Positions 16,196-24,185 of a DNA stretch of 24,185 bases are shown piece by piece. The DNA lies in IMG/VR virus record IMGVR_UViG_3300044512_001236, positions 1 through 24,185 of that record; one strand, given 5' to 3'. Every line of letters starts with the position of its first letter. The first letter of the stretch is position 1. The translations under genes were made by a program, and so were the position numbers. Under the pieces are notes generated by a model. That model made no database searches. It was not told the DNA's origin and saw nothing but the letters and a program-made list of their open reading frames with translations. Origin of the DNA: a virus (lineage: Duplodnaviria > Caudoviricetes).

Positions 16196-16971
16196 TTGAA
16201 ATTGCAATTCACGATGGTTCACCCGGCCTTGCAAATAGAATTAAGAACTATGCAGGTATTCTGAGAACATTCAAACAAGCACTGACAGTAAATGATGCAG
16301 ATGCATATATTTTTGACAATCTAAGACTTGCAACGGAGGATGAACTCACTACATATCCTTGTTACGATCATTGGAGACTTCCAATTCTCCCTGGTGAGGA
16401 TAGTAAACGAGGAGAATATAAGTACATCGATCTTCTGTATGAAGACACTCCAGAGTATTTTGTTGAACAGTATAAGAAAGCGTTTAGTTACTTACAACCT
16501 AGACAAGATATCGTAGATTATGTCAATGACTTTACTGAAGGTTGGAATAATGTAGTTGGTTTACATATCAGATCGTGGTATTGTGACAGACATAAGTATC
16601 ATAGTAACGAACTGTTTGAAAGTGTTATAGATACTTTCGACAAAGACAGAAGGATCTTTCTTTGTGGTGACAATAAAGATGTATTAAATCACTTCAAGAA
16701 TAAGTATGGTAATCGTATCATCACTCATTCTCAGAAGAAATATAATCATCCACACATGGCAGAGTCTGGACATAATAAGTCCATGCAAGACACAGTAGAT
16801 GCATTCATTGACTTGATGCTTCTGTCTAGATGTGATACTATTGTCGGTACATATGCCTCAACGTTTGCTGAGGTTGCGTGGTGGTTAGGAGATACCAAAC
16901 CCAAGGTTATTATTCCCGAACCATACAATGTAGAGGAATCATTTAAGAATAGGATTTTTGAGAAACTATGA
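16192..16971 (+). CDS. Fucosyltransferase-fold glycosyltransferase (NodZ/O-FucT-like)
   Basis: GLANRI, VVGLHIR, IFLCGD, AFIDLMLLSRCD.IVGT..STF. Confidence 0.7.
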   Translation: MIEIAIHDGSPGLANRIKNYAGILRTFKQALTVNDADAYIFDNLRLATEDELTTYPCYDHWRLPILPGEDSKRGEYKYIDLLYEDTPEYFVEQYKKAFSYLQPRQDIVDYVNDFTEGWNNVVGLHIRSWYCDRHKYHSNELFESVIDTFDKDRRIFLCGDNKDVLNHFKNKYGNRIITHSQKKYNHPHMAESGHNKSMQDTVDAFIDLMLLSRCDTIVGTYASTFAEVAWWLGDTKPKVIIPEPYNVEESFKNRIFEKL

Positions 16972-17864
16972 AAACCTCCCTTGTTACAGGTGGTGCTGGA
17001 TTTATCGGTAGTCACCTGGTGGACAAACTATTATCAATGGGTCACAATGTGATCGTTCTTGATAATGAATCATCTGAAGGTCACGATGATTATCATTGGA
17101 ACACTGGTGCAACAAACTACCCTGTAGACATTAGAAATTTTTATCATATTGCTGATAAGTTTAGAGGAGTTGATTATGTCTATCACCTTGCAGCTAAGGC
17201 AAGTGTTCAGGCATCGATTGACTTCCCACTTGACACAATGGAAACACAGGTTATGGGTACAGCCAATGTACTTGAGGCCGCCAGACAGTGTGGTGTAGAG
17301 AAGTTTATCTACTCTTCCACATCTGCATGTTATGGTAACAAGAACCCCATTCCAAACACTGAAGTGATGAGAGAAGACCCTCTCAATCCTTATGCTATTG
17401 GTAAACTTGCTGGTGAACAACTGGTCAAGTCATATCATGGTCTCCATGGTATGAAGACTGTAGCATTTAGATATACTAATGTGTATGGTGAGAGGGCAAG
17501 ACATGTAGGAACTTATGCTCCTGCAGTAAGTAAGTTTCTGAAGATGACCAGAGAGGGACAACCCATTACTATCTTCGGTGATGGTACACAACGTCGTGAC
17601 TTTATTCATGTATCTGATGTAGTCAATGCCAATGCACTGATTAGTTTTATGGAACTTGATAACTGGGGTGAGGTCTACAACATTGGGTATGGTGAGAACT
17701 GGAGTATTAAAGAGATTGCAGATGCCATCTCTGATGATCAGGTTTTCTTATCTGGTAAACCTGGTGAGATGAAAGAGACACTTGCAGATATTCGTAAGGC
17801 TAGAACAGAACTTACCTGGAAACCAAAAGTAAACATTCTTGATTGGATCAAAACACAACTATGA
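16968..17864 (+). CDS. NAD-dependent epimerase (UDP-hexose 4-epimerase-like)
   Basis: VTGGAGFIG, HLAA, SSTSACYG, PYAIGK, RYTNVYG, GDGTQRRDFIHV. Confidence 0.9.
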   Translation: MKTSLVTGGAGFIGSHLVDKLLSMGHNVIVLDNESSEGHDDYHWNTGATNYPVDIRNFYHIADKFRGVDYVYHLAAKASVQASIDFPLDTMETQVMGTANVLEAARQCGVEKFIYSSTSACYGNKNPIPNTEVMREDPLNPYAIGKLAGEQLVKSYHGLHGMKTVAFRYTNVYGERARHVGTYAPAVSKFLKMTREGQPITIFGDGTQRRDFIHVSDVVNANALISFMELDNWGEVYNIGYGENWSIKEIADAISDDQVFLSGKPGEMKETLADIRKARTELTWKPKVNILDWIKTQL

Positions 17865-18667
17865 TTGACCTATCACAAGCCACATTTATTATTCCTATCA
17901 GAATTGAATCTCCAGATAGGTTAAGGAATGTTATTACTACTACTGCATTTCTGTTAGAGAACTTTGATACAAACATTATCATCAAAGAAGTTGATAGTGA
18001 ATCTGTATTTGAAAGAGATGCTCTTCCAATTCTTAAAAGTATCTTGGATGTAGATGTCAATATCAATCACATCTTTGAGAAGAGTGATGCTCCTTTGTTT
18101 CATAGACAAAGAGTTCTCAATGAGATGATTATGGAAGCTGATACAAAGATAGTTGTGAACTATGACTGTGATGCAATTCTTCCTCTGGAATCATACGAAC
18201 TAGCATACACTGGTATTCTTGATGGTATCTACGATGTTGTATATCCTTATGCATCTGGTAACTATCAGTATCAAGTGGAACGATCAGACAACGTTGTTTC
18301 ACATTTCCTAGAGACAAATGACTATGAGTATCTGAAATCACATTCTAAAGTTCACGATGCACAGTATGGACATGTACAGTTCTTCAACCGTGATGTTTAT
18401 ATCAAAGGTGGTATGGAGAATGAAAACTTTAAAGCCTATGCACCAGAAGACAAGGAAAGGTTTTACAGATTCACAAAACTAGGTTATAGTGTAGGACGTA
18501 TATCTGACTACATATACCATCTCGAACATTCTCGCGGTGAGAATTCTTGGTTTTCTAATCCTCACATGAATTCTAATATGTCTGAATGGGATAAGATTCA
18601 AAAACTGACTAAAGAAGAACTCATAGAGTATTACTCGGTCCAAAGTTATCTTAAAAAGTATCAATGA
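17861..18667 (+). CDS. Glycosyltransferase, GT-A fold (GT2/GT7 galactosyltransferase-like)
   Basis: TFIIPIRIES.DR.RN, YDCD, GGMENENF.AYAPED, YHLEH. Likely start is ATG 17861. Confidence 0.78.
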   Translation: MIDLSQATFIIPIRIESPDRLRNVITTTAFLLENFDTNIIIKEVDSESVFERDALPILKSILDVDVNINHIFEKSDAPLFHRQRVLNEMIMEADTKIVVNYDCDAILPLESYELAYTGILDGIYDVVYPYASGNYQYQVERSDNVVSHFLETNDYEYLKSHSKVHDAQYGHVQFFNRDVYIKGGMENENFKAYAPEDKERFYRFTKLGYSVGRISDYIYHLEHSRGENSWFSNPHMNSNMSEWDKIQKLTKEELIEYYSVQSYLKKYQ

Positions 18668-19512
18668 AAATTCTTAATCTAGGTTCTGGTGGTCAGATAG
18701 GTGCATACCTGTCTGACTATCTTCGTAAAAAGGGTCACGAAGTTTTTGATTTCGACATCACAAATGGTCCAGAACAGGATCTAACTCTGATTCCAAATCT
18801 ATCTCTTGAACATTATGTAAAAGAATCAGACTTCGTATTCTTTCTTGCATTTGATGTGGGTGGATCACGATACCTGAAGAAGTATCAACATACCTTTGAC
18901 TTTATCAATAACAACACTCGTCTGATGGCGAATGTATTTGGTTTGTTAGAGAAGCATCATAAGAGATTTATCTTTGCATCTTCACAGATGGCAAATATGA
19001 GTTACTCACCCTATGGTATTCTTAAAACTGTAGGAGAACTATACACTAAGTCACTCAAAGGATTGACAGTTAAGTTCTGGAATGTATATGGTATTGAGAA
19101 AGACCATGAGAAGTCTCATGTAATTACTGACTTTATTCGTAGAGGGTTTGAGGAGGGTCAGTTTGAGATGATGACTGACGGTACAGAAGAAAGACAGTTC
19201 CTGTATGCTGAAGACTGTTGTAGAGGTCTTGAGACTATCATGGAATGTTATACTGATTTCAAACCTGAAGATGAACTTCACTTGACATCATTCCATTGGA
19301 ATACAATCAAAGATGTTGCACATATTATCTCTGGTCAATTCAATATAATTAACAGACCAGTTAGTATTACTCCAGGTACTTCAAAAGATAGTGTTCAACT
19401 TGACAAGAGGAATGAAGCCAGTAATTATATTCATGGATGGTGGATTCCAGAGACTACAATTGACCAGGGTATTGCAAAAGTATTCAACGAAATGAAAAAT
19501 GATTGGGTTTGA
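18664..19512 (+). CDS. NAD-dependent epimerase/dehydratase
   Basis: GSGGQIG, FLAFDVGG, FASS, YGILK, NVYG, RQFLY. Confidence 0.85.
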   Translation: MKILNLGSGGQIGAYLSDYLRKKGHEVFDFDITNGPEQDLTLIPNLSLEHYVKESDFVFFLAFDVGGSRYLKKYQHTFDFINNNTRLMANVFGLLEKHHKRFIFASSQMANMSYSPYGILKTVGELYTKSLKGLTVKFWNVYGIEKDHEKSHVITDFIRRGFEEGQFEMMTDGTEERQFLYAEDCCRGLETIMECYTDFKPEDELHLTSFHWNTIKDVAHIISGQFNIINRPVSITPGTSKDSVQLDKRNEASNYIHGWWIPETTIDQGIAKVFNEMKNDWV

Positions 19513-20293
19513 TTATCTCGGAAAGGCTGGACAACTGGGTAACCAGATGTTTCAGTTTGCAGGTACAAAAGGTATTGCACAAAATCGAGGATACGATATG
19601 TGTATCCCTGACCACGATGAAAAATTCAATGATGGTATAGGTAACATACTTCGTATCGAACTTGATGATGCATTTGACATCGAGTGTCAAAGAGGTATAA
19701 TAGGTTCGAACGTTCTTCAAGAACAAAGTTTTCACTTTGATGAAACCTTATTCAATGAATGTCCAGACAATCTAAGTCTGTATGGTTTCTTCCAGACGGA
19801 GAAGTACTTCAAACATATTGAAGATGATATACGTAAAGACTTTACATTCAAAAAGAAAATTCAAGATGAATGTAAAGAAATTGTTGAAGAAGTGTTCGAT
19901 CAGAATCCTATCGCCTTACACATTCGTAGAGGTGATTTTCTAATCAACAGTGGTAATCATCATAACCTTTCTCTTGATTGGTATGAGAAAGCACTGAAGA
20001 AGTTTGATCCTGATAGAGAAGTCATCATATTTTCTGATGATGTATTCTGGGCATCTGCTCAAGAACTGTTCAAACCTGATAGGTTCATTATCTCTGATGG
20101 TAATAGTTCTTATCATGATATGTTTATGATGACACAGTGTAGTGACTTCATCATTGCAAACTCCACCTTCTCATGGTGGGGTGCCTGGTTAGCAAACACT
20201 GGTAGAGTTATTGCTCCATCTAAGTGGTTTGGACCAAACAACTCACACTTAAATACAAAAGACCTGTACCCTGATCATTGGGAGATTTTATAA
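19499..20293 (+). CDS. Glycosyltransferase family 11
   Basis: GQLGNQMFQFA, GFFQTEKYF, HIRRGDF, FSDD, NSTFSWWGAWL. Confidence 0.9.
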   Translation: MIGFDYLGKAGQLGNQMFQFAGTKGIAQNRGYDMCIPDHDEKFNDGIGNILRIELDDAFDIECQRGIIGSNVLQEQSFHFDETLFNECPDNLSLYGFFQTEKYFKHIEDDIRKDFTFKKKIQDECKEIVEEVFDQNPIALHIRRGDFLINSGNHHNLSLDWYEKALKKFDPDREVIIFSDDVFWASAQELFKPDRFIISDGNSSYHDMFMMTQCSDFIIANSTFSWWGAWLANTGRVIAPSKWFGPNNSHLNTKDLYPDHWEIL

Positions 20294-21096
20294 TGGATAA
20301 GAACAAATCAGTATATAAACTCGATGGTATTGGTCCAATCTATTGTATTAATCTAGATGAACAACCAGAGAGATGGAAGTTTATGGAGGACCAGTTTAAG
20401 TACTGGGAGATCAAAAACTACACTCGTATCTCTGCCTATGACGGTCGTGAAGACGACTTAAGTGATATTATCAAGGGAAGATACCCTGACATGGTTTCAT
20501 CGGGTGAGGTGGGTTGTGTAACCTCTCACCTTAAGGCTATCAAACATTGGTATGAAACCTCTGATAGTCCTTATGCAGTCATCATGGAAGATGATTGTGA
20601 CCTAAACCTTGTACGGTTCTGGAACTTTACATGGAAGGATTTCTATAGTAAGATTCCTTATGATTGGGACCTTTGCCAGATTGCTATTATTTCAACTGGT
20701 GATATCCACATCAAAGTCCACAAGAGATTTGTGAATGACTTCTCAACTGCTTGTTACCTTATCACAAGACACCACGCTGAAAAGATGATTCGTCTTCACT
20801 GTAGAGGTGACAAGTACAAACTTGATAATGGTGTAAGACCAAGACCAGTTGCAGATGATCTTCTGTATAACTCTGGTAACTCTTATGCCCTTCCTCTTTT
20901 ATTATACAAAACCGAATTGGGTTCCAGTATTCACCCAGAACATGTGGACGTATTCCATAAACAAAACTATGAAGCACAGATGAACTTCTGGGCAAATGCT
21001 GGAGCTCAAATGACAATTGAAGAACTGATGGACTTTGATCCCTACCTTGGTAGAGTGTCGAATTCATCACAACAACAACCTCCTCAGGGGGGTTGA
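20293..21096 (+). CDS. Glycosyltransferase family 25
   Basis: YCINLD..PER, ISAYDG, GEVGC..SH, IMEDD, STACYLI. Likely start is ATG 20293 (TAATG overlap). Confidence 0.85.
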   Translation: MDKNKSVYKLDGIGPIYCINLDEQPERWKFMEDQFKYWEIKNYTRISAYDGREDDLSDIIKGRYPDMVSSGEVGCVTSHLKAIKHWYETSDSPYAVIMEDDCDLNLVRFWNFTWKDFYSKIPYDWDLCQIAIISTGDIHIKVHKRFVNDFSTACYLITRHHAEKMIRLHCRGDKYKLDNGVRPRPVADDLLYNSGNSYALPLLLYKTELGSSIHPEHVDVFHKQNYEAQMNFWANAGAQMTIEELMDFDPYLGRVSNSSQQQPPQGG

Positions 21097-21121
21097 CAGA
21101 ACCGATAGTATCGGTTATACT
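21093..21121 (+). promoter_or_regulatory. sigma70-like promoter with a perfect palindrome in the spacer
   Basis: TTGACA 21093-21098, 17 nt spacer, TATACT 21116-21121. AACCGATA-G-TATCGGTT at 21100-21116. Confidence 0.8.
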
Positions 21122-21240
21122 AAATAACATCACCTTTTGTCTTTCAGTAATTAAAGTAACAAACGGTAATAATTAACAGGGAGTTGTCGATTCCCTTTCC
21201 ATCCGTGGGTATACTCCACGAGAAAAAACGAGGTAAACAA

Positions 21241-21612
21241 ATGTTTAAATCTGTATTCGCAGCAGCTGCTGCTCTGTCCATGTCCACCGGTGCTGCCCTT
21301 GCAGGTCCCTACGTCAATGTCGAAACCAACGCTGGTTGGGTCGGTGATGATTACTCTGGTGCCGTAACTGACCTTCATATCGGCTATGAAGGTGCCATCG
21401 GTGAGAACGCTGGTTGGTACATCCAAGGCGGTCCTGCTATCGTCGCCCCCGATGGTGAAGAAAGTGAAACCGAAATCTCTGGTAAGGTTGGCGCTTCTGT
21501 TGCCCTGACTGAATCCCTCGGTGCCTATGGCGAACTTTCCATGATCACTGCTGACCAGGACTTCGATGACCTGAACGTCGGTGGTAAGTTGGGTCTGAAG
21601 TACAACTTCTGA
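21241..21612 (+). CDS. Small outer-membrane beta-strand (porin-like) protein with signal peptide
   Basis: GAGG SD before ATG 21241. Signal peptide MFKSVFAAAAALSMSTGAALA, alternating amphipathic strands, C-terminal LKYNF (terminal Phe). Strong bias toward C-ending codons. Confidence 0.8.
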   Translation: MFKSVFAAAAALSMSTGAALAGPYVNVETNAGWVGDDYSGAVTDLHIGYEGAIGENAGWYIQGGPAIVAPDGEESETEISGKVGASVALTESLGAYGELSMITADQDFDDLNVGGKLGLKYNF

Positions 21613-21616
21613 TTCC

Positions 21617-21645
21617 TAGACAGATAACTGATTACATGTTATGAT
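21617..21645 (+). promoter_or_regulatory. sigma70-like promoter for purC-purM
   Basis: TAGACA-N17-TATGAT with an extended TG at 21637-21638. Confidence 0.6.
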
Positions 21646-21671
21646 GGGAGTGCGAAAGTACTCCCTTTTTT
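21646..21671 (+). terminator. Intrinsic terminator
   Basis: GGGAGTGC-GAAA-GTACTCCC followed by TTTTTT. Confidence 0.85.
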
Positions 21672-22370
21672 ATGGAAATAATTATAGAAGGTAAAGTAAA
21701 AACAGTATATCAAGGTGACGATTCTGATCGTGTCATCATTGAGTATCACGATAAAGTTACTGCTGGTAATGGTGAGATGGTTGATCATCCTTTAGGAAAA
21801 GGATCTCTCTGCTGTAGTATCTCATCTATTATCTTCGAGAAACTTACTAAAGAAAATATCCCAACCCATTATGTTGATATGGTTGGTGCTAACAAAATGA
21901 TTTGTAGGAAGGTAGAGATTGTTCCTCTGGAGGTTATCTGTAGAAACCGTGCTGCTGGATCTATTGTCCGTGAAACAACTCTAAAGGAGGGTTATCCACT
22001 ACCTCAACCCATTGTAGAATTCTTTCTGAAGGATGATACTAAACATGACCCTTTACTTACACCTGACCGTGTACGTCTGATGGGATATGACCCAGAACCT
22101 TTCATTGAAATGACACTTCGTATCAATGATTACCTTCGTCAGATGTTTTACATCATGGGTATTGATCTAATTGACTTTAAAGTTGAGTATGGATACACTG
22201 CCCATGGAGAGTTACTACTTGCTGATGAGATTAGTCCTGATAGTATGAGACTATGGAGAATTGGTAGTGACGAAAGATTTGATAAGGATCTATTCAGAAA
22301 GGACGAAGGTGATATCGTTCCTGCATATAGAACAATTTTAGATAAACTACAACCCCTTGCTATAGTATAA
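21672..22370 (+). CDS. purC: SAICAR synthetase
   Basis: EGKVK.VY, DKVTAGNG, IPTHY, VPLEVICRN.AAGS, KDD..HDP, IDFKVEYG, LADEISPDSMRLW, FDKD.FR. Confidence 0.96.
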   Translation: MEIIIEGKVKTVYQGDDSDRVIIEYHDKVTAGNGEMVDHPLGKGSLCCSISSIIFEKLTKENIPTHYVDMVGANKMICRKVEIVPLEVICRNRAAGSIVRETTLKEGYPLPQPIVEFFLKDDTKHDPLLTPDRVRLMGYDPEPFIEMTLRINDYLRQMFYIMGIDLIDFKVEYGYTAHGELLLADEISPDSMRLWRIGSDERFDKDLFRKDEGDIVPAYRTILDKLQPLAIV

Positions 22371-23299
22371 TGGACTACAAAACTTCTGGTGTTGATATTG
22401 AAAAGGGACGAGAGTTTGTAGAAGAACTCAAAAAGAAAGTACCTAACATTGGTGGATTTAATGGTATGATAGAAATTCCTTCTGGATATGAAAGCCCTGT
22501 ACTAGTATCTGGTGCTGATGGTGTAGGAACTAAAATTAACATTTGTAGGATTGCTCGTGATTACACTACTATTGGTCAGGACCTTGTTGCTATGTGCGTT
22601 AATGACGTTATATGTTCTGGTGCTAAACCATTATATTTTCTAGACTATATCTCAACTAAAAAACTAGATGGTAATGTAAATGATATCATCCAAGGTGTGA
22701 TTGATGGTTGTATTATTTCTGGAATGTATCTTCTAGGTGGTGAGACTGCCGAACACTTTAGAGCAACTGACTATGACCTTGCTGGTTTCTGTACAGGTAT
22801 TGTAGAGAAGTTTGATATTGTTAACGGTACTAACATCAGACCCGGTGATAAAGTTATTGGTATTGAAAGTAGTGGACTTCATAGTAATGGATACACACTA
22901 GTCAATGATATGTTGTGGAGAAATAAAATCTTCTACAAGGAGATGCCTGAGTTGTTAGAACCAACTACCATCTATTCTCCTCTTGTTCAGGACTTGTTGG
23001 ACGTAGTTCCTATTCTAGGTATGTCACACATCACTGGTGGTGGTATCCCTGAGAACCTTCCACGGTGTCTTCCTAAGGGTCTTACAGTTGATGTAGACTA
23101 CAACTCCTGGGAGAGACCAGAACTCTTCAATAAGATACAGGAAGCAGGAGACATTACTGAAGAAGAGATGTGTAATGTATTCAATCTAGGTATTGGTTTC
23201 TGTGTGGTTGTACCTGAGGACTCAGTTCAATTGACTCAAGAAATTATTGCGGATACTCCACATGGTATGAGGTCATGGGTTATTGGTGAAGTGGCGTAG
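22370..23299 (+). CDS. purM: AIR synthetase (phosphoribosylformylglycinamidine cyclo-ligase)
   Basis: Y..SGVDI, GADGVGTK, DLVAMCVND, GGETAE, SSGLHSNGY, HITGGG, FNLGIG. Confidence 0.96.
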   Translation: MDYKTSGVDIEKGREFVEELKKKVPNIGGFNGMIEIPSGYESPVLVSGADGVGTKINICRIARDYTTIGQDLVAMCVNDVICSGAKPLYFLDYISTKKLDGNVNDIIQGVIDGCIISGMYLLGGETAEHFRATDYDLAGFCTGIVEKFDIVNGTNIRPGDKVIGIESSGLHSNGYTLVNDMLWRNKIFYKEMPELLEPTTIYSPLVQDLLDVVPILGMSHITGGGIPENLPRCLPKGLTVDVDYNSWERPELFNKIQEAGDITEEEMCNVFNLGIGFCVVVPEDSVQLTQEIIADTPHGMRSWVIGEVA

Positions 23300-23304
23300 A
23301 AAAT

Positions 23305-23493
23305 ATGAAAAATTATTTTTTAAAACTAGTAGCTAGTCCAATAGTTCATTTCAATATTATTACTGTTGGATTACTTATTGTGATAGGGTCGTTACATAAC
23401 CATGCCCACTATCAAATGAGTAATGATCCTGATGCGTATGTGTATCAGTGGTGTAAGGCCAATCCAGAAAGATGCACATACCGACCGAAGTGA
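23305..23493 (+). CDS. Small hypothetical membrane protein
   Basis: 62 aa ORF with one hydrophobic segment, then HNHAHY and WC...C. Confidence 0.65.
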   Translation: MKNYFLKLVASPIVHFNIITVGLLIVIGSLHNHAHYQMSNDPDAYVYQWCKANPERCTYRPK

Positions 23494-23495
23494 GG

Positions 23496-23524
23496 TTGAC
23501 AAATCTTTAGATTTACTATATACT
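23496..23524 (+). promoter_or_regulatory. sigma70-like promoter of the hli unit
   Basis: TTGACA 23496-23501, 17 nt spacer, TATACT 23519-23524. An AAATCT-TT-AGATTT palindrome lies in the spacer. Confidence 0.8.
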
Positions 23525-23551
23525 ATGTAAAGAAACATTACGGAGTGTATC

Positions 23552-23770
23552 GTGACTGTAACAACTAATGATCGTGGACAACAAAATCTGTTCGCTAAAG
23601 AACCCCAGATGTATGTCTCTCAAACTGATGCAGAACGTTATGGTTATGAGAGTTATGCAGAACGTGCAGAGAAACTGAATGGTCGTGTTGCCATGCTTGG
23701 TTTCGTTGCAGCAGTTGTATCTTATGCAACTTCCGGTAGTCTCTTCTTCTTCGGGGCATTTGGAATCTGA
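23552..23770 (+). CDS. hli: High-light-inducible protein (long form)
   Basis: AEKLNGRVAMLGF chlorophyll-binding motif. GTG start with GGAG SD. Confidence 0.92.
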   Translation: MTVTTNDRGQQNLFAKEPQMYVSQTDAERYGYESYAERAEKLNGRVAMLGFVAAVVSYATSGSLFFFGAFGI

Positions 23771-23799
23771 TTATAGATAAAGGGACAGTCAATAATAAT

Positions 23800-23949
23800 A
23801 TGTCTAATCCCAAACAACTCTATGAGGACATGGAGAGACTGAATGCCCTATACGAAGAACTCTGCTGGGGGCATGATGATGAATTAGTTTTCATCCACGA
23901 AAATGGTAGAGTCGTTATTTACAACAAAACACAGGAGCAAAACAAATGA
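23800..23949 (+). CDS. Small hypothetical protein (49 aa)
   Basis: MSNPKQLYEDMERLNALYEELCWGHDDELVF..., with an ATGA overlap into the next hli. Below the ORF-track cutoff. Confidence 0.65.
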   Translation: MSNPKQLYEDMERLNALYEELCWGHDDELVFIHENGRVVIYNKTQEQNK

Positions 23950-24053
23950 ACGAGAACGCAGAACGGATTAATGGTTGGGCAGCAATGCTTGGCGTAGTTG
24001 CAGCCATTGGAGCATATGCTGTTAGCGGCCAGATTATTCCTGGGGTATGGTGA
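23946..24053 (+). CDS. hli: High-light-inducible protein (35 aa short form)
   Basis: MNENAERINGWAAMLGVVAAIGAYAVSGQIIPGVW*: AExxNG and GQIIPG motifs, CAGGAG SD. Confidence 0.92.
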   Translation: MNENAERINGWAAMLGVVAAIGAYAVSGQIIPGVW

Positions 24054-24172
24054 ACGCATACCTAGGACTAATGGTTGCATTCGTCATAGTCTATATCATT
24101 ACAACACCTGGAGATGATGACGACGGACCAGACAAAGGTATGATGACACCAGTGTATCAAGGATCCCGATAA
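24047..24172 (+). CDS. Small single-pass membrane protein (41 aa)
   Basis: MVNAYLGLMVAFVIVYIITTPGDDDDGPDKGMMTPVYQGSR*. Start may instead be GTG 24050. Confidence 0.6.
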   Translation: MVNAYLGLMVAFVIVYIITTPGDDDDGPDKGMMTPVYQGSR

Positions 24173-24185
24173 GGGGTCCTTTTTT
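24160..24185 (+). terminator. Intrinsic terminator
   Basis: AGGATCCC-GATAA-GGGGTCCT followed by a T run. Confidence 0.8.

Noticed and set aside
5902-21096. Interpretation as a bacterial chromosomal O-antigen locus
   Set aside because: The flanks carry T4-like late boxes, cyanophage-type nrdB, hli genes, small hypotheticals and a homing endonuclease, and no flippase or polymerase is present.
21108-21120. NtcA box in the outer-membrane protein promoter
   Set aside because: Spacing is GTA-N7-TAC rather than N8. The similar site near 23526 is N9.
135-23813. Numerous 60-150 aa minus-strand and alternate-frame ORFs
   Set aside because: Nearly all lie within well-supported + strand genes and show no recognisable motifs, so they are shadow ORFs.
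1-24185. CRISPR array, IS element, integrase or rRNA
   Set aside because: No regularly spaced direct repeats, transposase or integrase motifs, or rRNA-like sequence were seen.

Overview
This 24 kb window looks like part of a T4-like marine cyanomyovirus (Synechococcus/Prochlorococcus phage), and all credible genes are on the + strand. It opens with the 3' part of a GIY-YIG/NUMOD homing endonuclease, followed by an orphaned 17-codon NrdA-like C-terminal tail (…CESCAV) with its own promoter and Shine-Dalgarno sequence, then nrdB. Next come a small GIY-YIG nuclease, an exported lysozyme-like protein and a 2OG-Fe(II) oxygenase. A six-tRNA cluster (Arg-UCU, Thr-UGU, Asn-GUU, Val-UAC, Ile-UAU, Met/Ile2-CAU) follows, interleaved with non-tRNA structured RNAs and small ORFs, one of them Phd/YefM-like. 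A ~15 kb, 17-gene nucleotide-sugar and glycosyltransferase island contains what appears to be an in-frame deletion scar of rfbC. The window ends with an outer-membrane protein, purC, purM, two hli genes and small membrane ORFs. Sigma70-type (TTGACA-N17-TATAAT-like) promoters and T4-type late (NATAAATA) boxes punctuate the window. All family assignments come from motif recognition by eye; no database searches were run.
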